From IMG/VR virus record IMGVR_UViG_3300028591_008384: a stretch of 17,006 nucleotides of DNA, one strand, 5' to 3'. Positions 14,802-17,006 of this stretch are shown in pieces. The notes beneath the pieces were generated by a model. It saw nothing but the letters and a program-made list of their open reading frames with translations. It made no database searches and was not told where the DNA came from. The position numbers and the translations under genes are program-made. The stretch comes from a virus. Its lineage: Duplodnaviria; Heunggongvirae; Uroviricota; Caudoviricetes. How positions within the stretch are numbered: the stretch's first letter is position 1; every line of letters starts with the position of its first letter.

Positions 14802-15620
14802 TTAACCATTCTTCTTGAAAGTGGGCATCTCATCAGCATCATGTTCACTGAAACGAGGAGTCTTGCCACCGGCAACGAAAGCGTTCCAGGAACGGATCAC
14901 GTAAGCGACACGGAGCTTTTCGGAAATGCGCTTGTCCTTGTTGGCAAGATTCCAACGGCGCATCTTCTCGACAACGGCATTTTCGGCAGTGTCGAAGGAG
15001 TTGATCTGTTCGAAGAACTTCTCTGCACGGGCCTTGCCCACGCCAACATCATGAACAAGGGCGAAATAGAGGGTACCGACCATCTTCGGGGTCATTGCGT
15101 GAGATTCCGCGATACACTTCATGGCGACACGGGCGGCTTCATCATAGTCAGCCGGGCGAGAATTGTATTCCGCGAGAACCGCAGACGGGGTCATGCGGCG
15201 TTCCTTGATGGCAAGGTGGCCATAGCTGCGGAATTCGTTCATGCCGTTGATGATACCGGTGATGACCGTATGGTACTGGACACCGGACATCTGCAGGACC
15301 TGGGTACCGGTGCGGACACGGCCACAGTCAATAGTATCAAAAGTTTCACGGGCAACACCGCTGTTCACGACGGTCTGGAAGGAGCAACCGGACTGCACAC
15401 ATGCCATGAGACGGTGCTGGCCGTCAAGGATGTAGCCGTTTTCGTCCAACTTGATGGATTCGCTGTTCAGCTTCCAACGGTTGGAACGCATTTCGTTTGC
15501 GTAGATTTCGACCGTCCTGGGACTGGCCTTGCGGTTGAGGACACCGGCAGCCTGGGTTCTTTCGAGAAGTTCCTTTGCGAAACCGGGAGTGATGATTTTG
15601 ACCTTGGATTTTAGTGTCAT
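14802..15620 (-). CDS. ParB-like (DGQHR) domain protein, 272 aa
   Basis: LNRKAS...YANEMRSNRWKLNSESIKLDENGYILDGQHRLMAC...FDTIDCGRVRT. Start set at ATG 15620 behind SD AAAAGGAA. Confidence 0.8.
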   Translation of the reverse strand: MTLKSKVKIITPGFAKELLERTQAAGVLNRKASPRTVEIYANEMRSNRWKLNSESIKLDENGYILDGQHRLMACVQSGCSFQTVVNSGVARETFDTIDCGRVRTGTQVLQMSGVQYHTVITGIINGMNEFRSYGHLAIKERRMTPSAVLAEYNSRPADYDEAARVAMKCIAESHAMTPKMVGTLYFALVHDVGVGKARAEKFFEQINSFDTAENAVVEKMRRWNLANKDKRISEKLRVAYVIRSWNAFVAGGKTPRFSEHDADEMPTFKKNG

Positions 15621-15689
15621 GATTTTGTTCCTTTTAGGTTTGTTAACACAAGCATTCCCACACGGGACATTGTTTTCAGTAAAACGTTC

Positions 15690-15718
15690 TTGACAATCTA
15701 TACCATATATTCTATATT
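15690..15718 (+). promoter_or_regulatory. Near-consensus sigma70 promoter with no downstream sense gene
   Basis: TTGACA (15690-15695), 17 bp, TATATT (15713-15718). Confidence 0.6.
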
Positions 15719-15792
15719 GATACTTAGGTAGCGTCACGATCACTATACATCGTTCCAACATCCTTATATTAGGTGGACAATACTTTAAGATA

Positions 15793-15821
15793 AATGTAGC
15801 ATGTTTTCAACAAATTGCCAA
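15793..15821 (-). promoter_or_regulatory. Promoter TTGGCA-17-TACATT with TGn extension
   Basis: TTGGCA at 15821-15816 and TACATT at 15798-15793. Predicts a 166-nt leader before ATG 15620. Confidence 0.75.
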
Positions 15822-15834
15822 CATGTTACCAAAA

Positions 15835-16056
15835 TTATACACTTTCCGTGTTTACTTCCGGTTCAGAAGTTACCTCCGGGGTCTTGACTTTCGTCTTCTT
15901 TTTCGGGGTAAGTTCAGGATCGTCAAAGAATACCATATAGTATGACTGGTATCCCGTCGTGACATGAGTAATCTGCACTTCGCTCGGCTTCAAGCCGGCC
16001 TTGTTGAGGAATTTATCGACATCCGCAACTCTATCGCATTTCGCATGAGTAATCAT
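15835..16056 (-). CDS. Hypothetical protein, 73 aa
   Basis: SD AAGAGGT and its own promoter immediately upstream. Low-complexity K/E/P/T tail. Confidence 0.75.
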   Translation of the reverse strand: MITHAKCDRVADVDKFLNKAGLKPSEVQITHVTTGYQSYYMVFFDDPELTPKKKTKVKTPEVTSEPEVNTESV

Positions 16057-16074
16057 ATTTTACCTCTTTTCCGG

Positions 16075-16103
16075 AATGTAGCAAAATCATAACAAGTTGG
16101 CAA
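16075..16103 (-). promoter_or_regulatory. Promoter TTGCCA-17-TACATT with TGn extension
   Basis: TTGCCA directly follows the helicase TAG stop. The predicted 12-nt leader AAGAGGTAAAAT begins with the SD. Confidence 0.85.
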
Positions 16104-17006
16104 CTAGTCGAGAACGTGCAGCTCCTTGGCGGCACGGGTAAACGCGGTGTATTTCAACTTGTTGCGCAAGATGACATCGGTACAGACATTCATGTCGCGC
16201 TCGACCACGAAGGCGTTCTGGACGGTAGTACCCTGGGCCTTATAGACGGTCATGGCATAGATGTACCCGACATACATGAAGTGGTTCTTGAGCTTGTTGT
16301 AGGGCTCCCAGGCTTCCTTCTTGGTGTACTTGTGACGACCCATCTGGCCCAGTTCCTTGGCTCTCTCGCGGCATTCCTTGGCAAGGTCGGCCTTCAAGAG
16401 GTCCAGCTTCTCCTTCTCGGACGGCTTGACCACATAGGCGGTACACTGCTTGCGGTGTCCCGGCAGTGCGCGGAAGTTGACAACCGTCAGCTTGTAGCAG
16501 CCGATATGATACTCCGGATCGCCGTCGGGCATGTCTATTACATTGAGAACCTTTACGCGCTCTTCCATGCTGTACACGGATTCTTCCTCATAGCGAACCT
16601 TGCCGCGCTTGTTGGATTTGAGCATCCTGCGGTAGCCCCTGGCTATGCGGAGTTCCTCGCCTTCCACGTACTCGGCCTCGACACCCGGATATCTACGGCG
16701 ACGGATGACCTTGTTCAGGGCATCCACCGAGACATTGCGGTACGCGATTGCAAGGGCATAGTCGGTATCTTCCTTGTAAGCATCCGATGTGAAGTATTCG
16801 TACACCTTCGCCATGAACTCGCTTCGTTCCGTGTAGAAATAGATGCCACCGGACTCGCCCACCTCGGTCACATGGTCGAAATAGTCACCGGGTTCGGTGA
16901 TATGCTGGCGCATCATGGTGACCGTGCGCATAATCGGGTTGTCCAACGCGGTACGCATGACCTTGTTGAGCATGAAGCCGTATTGCAAGTCAAACACGGG
17001 GGACTG
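16104..17006 (-). CDS. Dda/RecD-like SF1B DNA helicase, 3' part (5' end outside the window)
   Basis: Frame is open to the window edge. SPVF...LNKVMRTALDNPI, LAIAYRNVSVDALN, YAMTVYKAQGTT and LKYTAFTRA (motifs IV-VI). Confidence 0.88.
   Translation of the reverse strand, partial: QSPVFDLQYGFMLNKVMRTALDNPIMRTVTMMRQHITEPGDYFDHVTEVGESGGIYFYTERSEFMAKVYEYFTSDAYKEDTDYALAIAYRNVSVDALNKVIRRRRYPGVEAEYVEGEELRIARGYRRMLKSNKRGKVRYEEESVYSMEERVKVLNVIDMPDGDPEYHIGCYKLTVVNFRALPGHRKQCTAYVVKPSEKEKLDLLKADLAKECRERAKELGQMGRHKYTKKEAWEPYNKLKNHFMYVGYIYAMTVYKAQGTTVQNAFVVERDMNVCTDVILRNKLKYTAFTRAAKELHVLD

Noticed and set aside
14565-15761. ORF-track starts at 15761, 14801, 7277, 4975, 8016, 11972, 2366 and 1524
   Set aside because: The extensions cross promoters, terminators or other genes. 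Downstream ATGs have an SD, a stop/start overlap or a +1 match.
1-17006. tRNA genes, CRISPR arrays, introns/inteins and stop-codon recoding
   Set aside because: The spacers are too short or lack the motifs, and there are no periodic repeats. TAA, TAG and TGA all end genes at sensible junctions, and motif-bearing proteins are uninterrupted.
1-17006. Naming a host lineage from SD and promoter style
   Set aside because: Not supportable from this window. It needs IF3/NadE phylogeny or CRISPR spacer matches.

Overview
Gene-dense fragment that most likely comes from a large or jumbo tailed bacteriophage. It reads in the standard genetic code, is mostly minus-strand, has GC-rich codons and short AT-rich spacers, and carries sigma70-type promoters and AAGGA/GAGG Shine-Dalgarno sites. 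I found no tRNA, rRNA or CRISPR array. Recognisable products are a calcineurin-like metallophosphoesterase, a GT2 and a GT-B (CgeB-like) glycosyltransferase, a RecB-like PD-(D/E)xK nuclease, an M48/U49-type HExxH peptidase, a divergent shikimate-dehydrogenase-like protein, NAD synthetase NadE, a classic AAA ATPase, translation initiation factor IF3, a DGQHR ParB-like protein and the 3' part of a Dda/RecD-like helicase; many other ORFs are hypothetical. The most interesting signal is a possible translation-control module. The IF3 has a tandemly duplicated N-terminal domain and substitutions at fidelity residues, including a natural Pro at the position matching E. coli R131. It lies 1 nt downstream of a leaderless 46-aa ORF. 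A repeated promoter (TTGCCA-N14-TGC-TAYATT) places the predicted +1 on or within 1 nt of the start ATG of four genes. All family calls are motif recognition by eye; no searches were run.
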